From assembly GCF_000143415.4 (NCBI RefSeq), contig NW_003314304.1, positions 759,587 through 823,586 of the forward strand: DNA of 64,000 bases, given 5' to 3'. The translations under genes were made by a program, and so were the position numbers. Position 1 is the first letter of the stretch, and each line of letters starts with the position of its first letter. Source of the stretch: Selaginella moellendorffii (lineage: Eukaryota > Plantae > Lycopodiophyta). Below, piece after piece: positions 61,157-64,000 of the stretch. The notes beneath the pieces were generated by a model that worked only from the letters and a program-made list of their open reading frames with translations, searched no databases and had not been told where the DNA came from.

Positions 61157-61514
61157 TGGGATGACGTTTAGGGTTAGGCGAGTCGTGCGCTAGTGCTAAA
61201 TTTTGCAAACCATCCACAAATTCCACCATCCATCAATTCATCGATTTCGTTCTGGTCCTTTCCACTTGCGAGCAATGGCGATGACGAGCGATGACACCAT
61301 GCATTTGAGCCTCACGTTCTTCAGCTCCAAAGATTGCCCTTGCCCGTTCCTTCCATTCACAGTCAATCCCACCATGCCATTCTCGTTGGCGATCTTCTTC
61401 AGTTCACTGCTTGTTTGGAAATCAACCTTTTAGCTGAAAGTGTATCCAAGCATTCGAATATCCAGGAGTTAGTACAAGCCATAAGTTTAGGCTAATTTTT
61501 TTTGCTTGAGAGAG

Positions 61515-63546
61515 TAAGAAAAAAATAAAAAACAGTTACTGGTTTTGATTGTTTTTTTTTTACTGAATGAGCATTTTAATCACTGATGGATTAATTGAAG
61601 TAAAATTTCACAGCTGAAATACTGATCTTACTTATCACTAAAACTTAACAAACACAATTTTATCAAGTTTTTCATTAGCTCTAAACTTAAAAAGTATTAT
61701 TTAAAAAAATTTAAATAAATAACTTTTTTGAAATATTATATTTTTGTAATTACATAAATAGAAAAATGATATATAAAAATATTTCTATTATTCATAGACT
61801 ATAAAAAAAATGGACATTTGATATTAAGTAGATCAAGTGCATACATAAATATAAACTAAATGATGGATTAAACATAGTGATTATTAAATAAATATATTTT
61901 TTTTTATGAGAATAAAATTCTTAATTTTTCTAACAAGATAATATTTTATAGTATATTTTTCTTACCGTGAATTTGAAATGAATTTTTTTTCATTTAAATA
62001 TATTCCATAAAAAAAATTATCTAAAATAAAACTACCAACTAAAACTAAAATTTATATTTAGGTAGTTAATTTTGTTACTTATGAATATTCATTATATAAA
62101 CCAAGATGCTTTGCCAGGGATAGATTCCCTGCTCGGTCAGGCATAGCACTGGATTACAGTTGCCAAACACACGGCGTCCCACTTTGGCATTCGATCTCTC
62201 GCAAAGTTGCATTTCGAAAAGGACCGGACGGCTTGATGACCATGAAAAATACTAAAAAAAGGAAGTTTCGAGAGATTAAATGATTACACTCGATGCGTTA
62301 AAAGGAAATGGCAATTTGATAAAAAAGAGCATATTCCTTTTTTTTTAGCCCTTGGGCGGGAAAGCAGCGGAGCGCGATGGCGGAGAAAGAGAAGGCAATG
62401 AATAACAAGGTGGGTAAGAGGAGAACGCCAAAGCAGAATCCATGCCGCCTCACGTTCGTCAAAGAGAAGCGGCTCGATCACAACCTCAAGCGCTGGACTA
62501 AATAAGAAGAAAATAAAAAATAGCTATTGGTTTTGCTTGCTTTTTTGGTTGTTGAATGAGCATTTTGATCATTGATGGATTGATTGGAGTGAAATTTCAC
62601 GGCTGAAATACTACTGAATTCAATTTGATACAAATGCATAATCCTACAAATAAGTTTCTTTATATAATTTTCACCCTTACTTATCACTAAAACTTAACAA
62701 ACATAATTTTATTAAGTTTTTCATTAGCTCTAAACTTAAAAAGTATCATTATTTAAAAAAATTTAAATAAGTAACTTTTTTGAAATATTATATTTTTGTA
62801 ATTACATAAATAGAAAAATGATATATAAAAATATTTCTATTATTCATAGACTATAAAAAAAATGGACATTTGATATTAAGTAGATCAAGTGCATACATAA
62901 ATATAAACTAAATGATGGATTAACCATAGTGATTATTAAATAAATATATTTTATTTTTTATGAGAATAAAATTCTTAATTTTTCTAACAAGATAATATTT
63001 TATAGTATATTTTTCTTACCGTGACTTTGAAATGAATTTTTTTTCATTTAAATATATTCCATAAAAATAAATTATCTAAACTAAAACTACCAACTAAAAC
63101 TAAAATTTATATTTAGGTAATTAATTTTGTTACTTATGAATATTGACTATATAAACCAAGATGCTTTACCAAGGATAGATTCCATGCTCAGTCGGGCATA
63201 GCACTGGATTATAGTTGCTAAGCACACGGCATCCCACTTCGGCATTCGATCTCTCGCAAAATTGCCTCTCGAAAAAGACCGAACAGCTTGGTGATCATGA
63301 AAAAATACTAAAAAAAGGAAGTTTCGAGAGATTAAATGATTACACTAAAAGGAAATAGCAATTTGAAAAAAAAGAGCATATTCCTTTTTTTTTAGCCCTT
63401 GGGCAGGAAAGCAGCAGAGCGCGATGGCGGAGAAAGAGAAGGCGATGAACAACAAGGCGGGCAAAAGGAGAACGCCAAAGCAGGATCCACGCCGCCTCAC
63501 GTTCGTCAAAAAGAAGCGGCTCGATCACAACCTCAAGCGCTAGACT
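61515..63546. repeat. Tandem duplication of a ~1 kb unit (61515-62499 and 62500-63546): AT-rich segment plus GC-richer captured pieces
   Basis: Both units share long identical stretches and end in cacaacctcaagcgct(g/a)gact. Confidence 0.93.
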
Positions 63547-63606
63547 GAGGTGCAAGAATCTCTTTCTTTGCTTTGAATAATTCTTTCCTTGGACAAAACA
63601 AATCTT

Positions 63607-63702
63607 CTCCTCCTCCTCCTCCTCCTCCTCCTCAGGAGCACGACGATCCAGTGCCAGAGCCAGAGGCGGAGATGGAGATGGAGCCAGAGCCAGAGGCGGA
63701 GA
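63607..63702. repeat. (CCT)n microsatellite and a 30-bp direct repeat
   Basis: ctcctcctcctc run; gccagagccagaggcggaga occurs twice. Confidence 0.85.
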
Positions 63703-64000
63703 ATCCCATTGCCACAATGTATGTGTGGCCATGTATCATCCTATAAATGTCTGGATCCTCGTCTGGATCTCAATCGTTCTAAATTAATCAATCTTTCTGT
63801 TCTTGGTTCTAGGGTCTGTCTCGATCTGGATCGTTTCACGATGCAACTATTTTTCTAGAGTTTTGGCCATGGCGGAGCTTGCAATTGAAAGAATTTAAGC
63901 GGTGCAAATCTCTATGGCTCCTTCGAAATTGAGATCTCAACATAGAGCATGAATATGGATCTACTGGTAGCAAGCTGCAAAACAGGATCCTCCACCAGTG

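Noticed and set aside
61238-61430. ~63-codon open frame on the minus strand upstream of the MATE gene (KVDFQTSSELKKIANENG...)
   Set aside because: Looks exon-like, but a TAA follows the best acceptor and no homology is recognised

Overview
Eukaryotic land-plant nuclear DNA, most consistent with a lycophyte such as Selaginella (inference from ~50-60 bp GT-AG introns, tight gene packing, S-motif-rich PLS PPR genes and a single-DUF26 CRK). Bases 1-25.5 kb are gene dense: methylesterase, winged-helix ORF, CRK, bZIP17/28-like factor, three PPRs, a small secreted protein, ERD7-like, GPN3, acid phosphatase plus pseudogene, a decayed Crinkler-like NTPase-nuclease gene, a RanBP2 zinc-finger gene and two Gly/Ala 11-mer-repeat orphans. 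Bases 26.4-30.9 kb are a decaying inverted copy of 10.3-15.3 kb. Bases 31-37 kb hold gene debris (an SGR2/DDHD pseudogene and a third Gly/Ala family member). Bases 37.7-51 kb are an AT-rich repeat island with an assembly gap, a tandem array and a truncated LTR element. Bases 51-61 kb hold PRAF/RLD, AXS and a MATE gene, and 61.5-63.5 kb is a ~1 kb tandem duplication carrying a PPR-motif fragment. The best candidates for novelty are the three-member membrane-anchored 11-mer Gly/Ala family, the CRN-like element, a signal-peptide-bearing methylesterase and an RRxL-type secreted precursor. No database searches were run; family calls rest on motif recognition.
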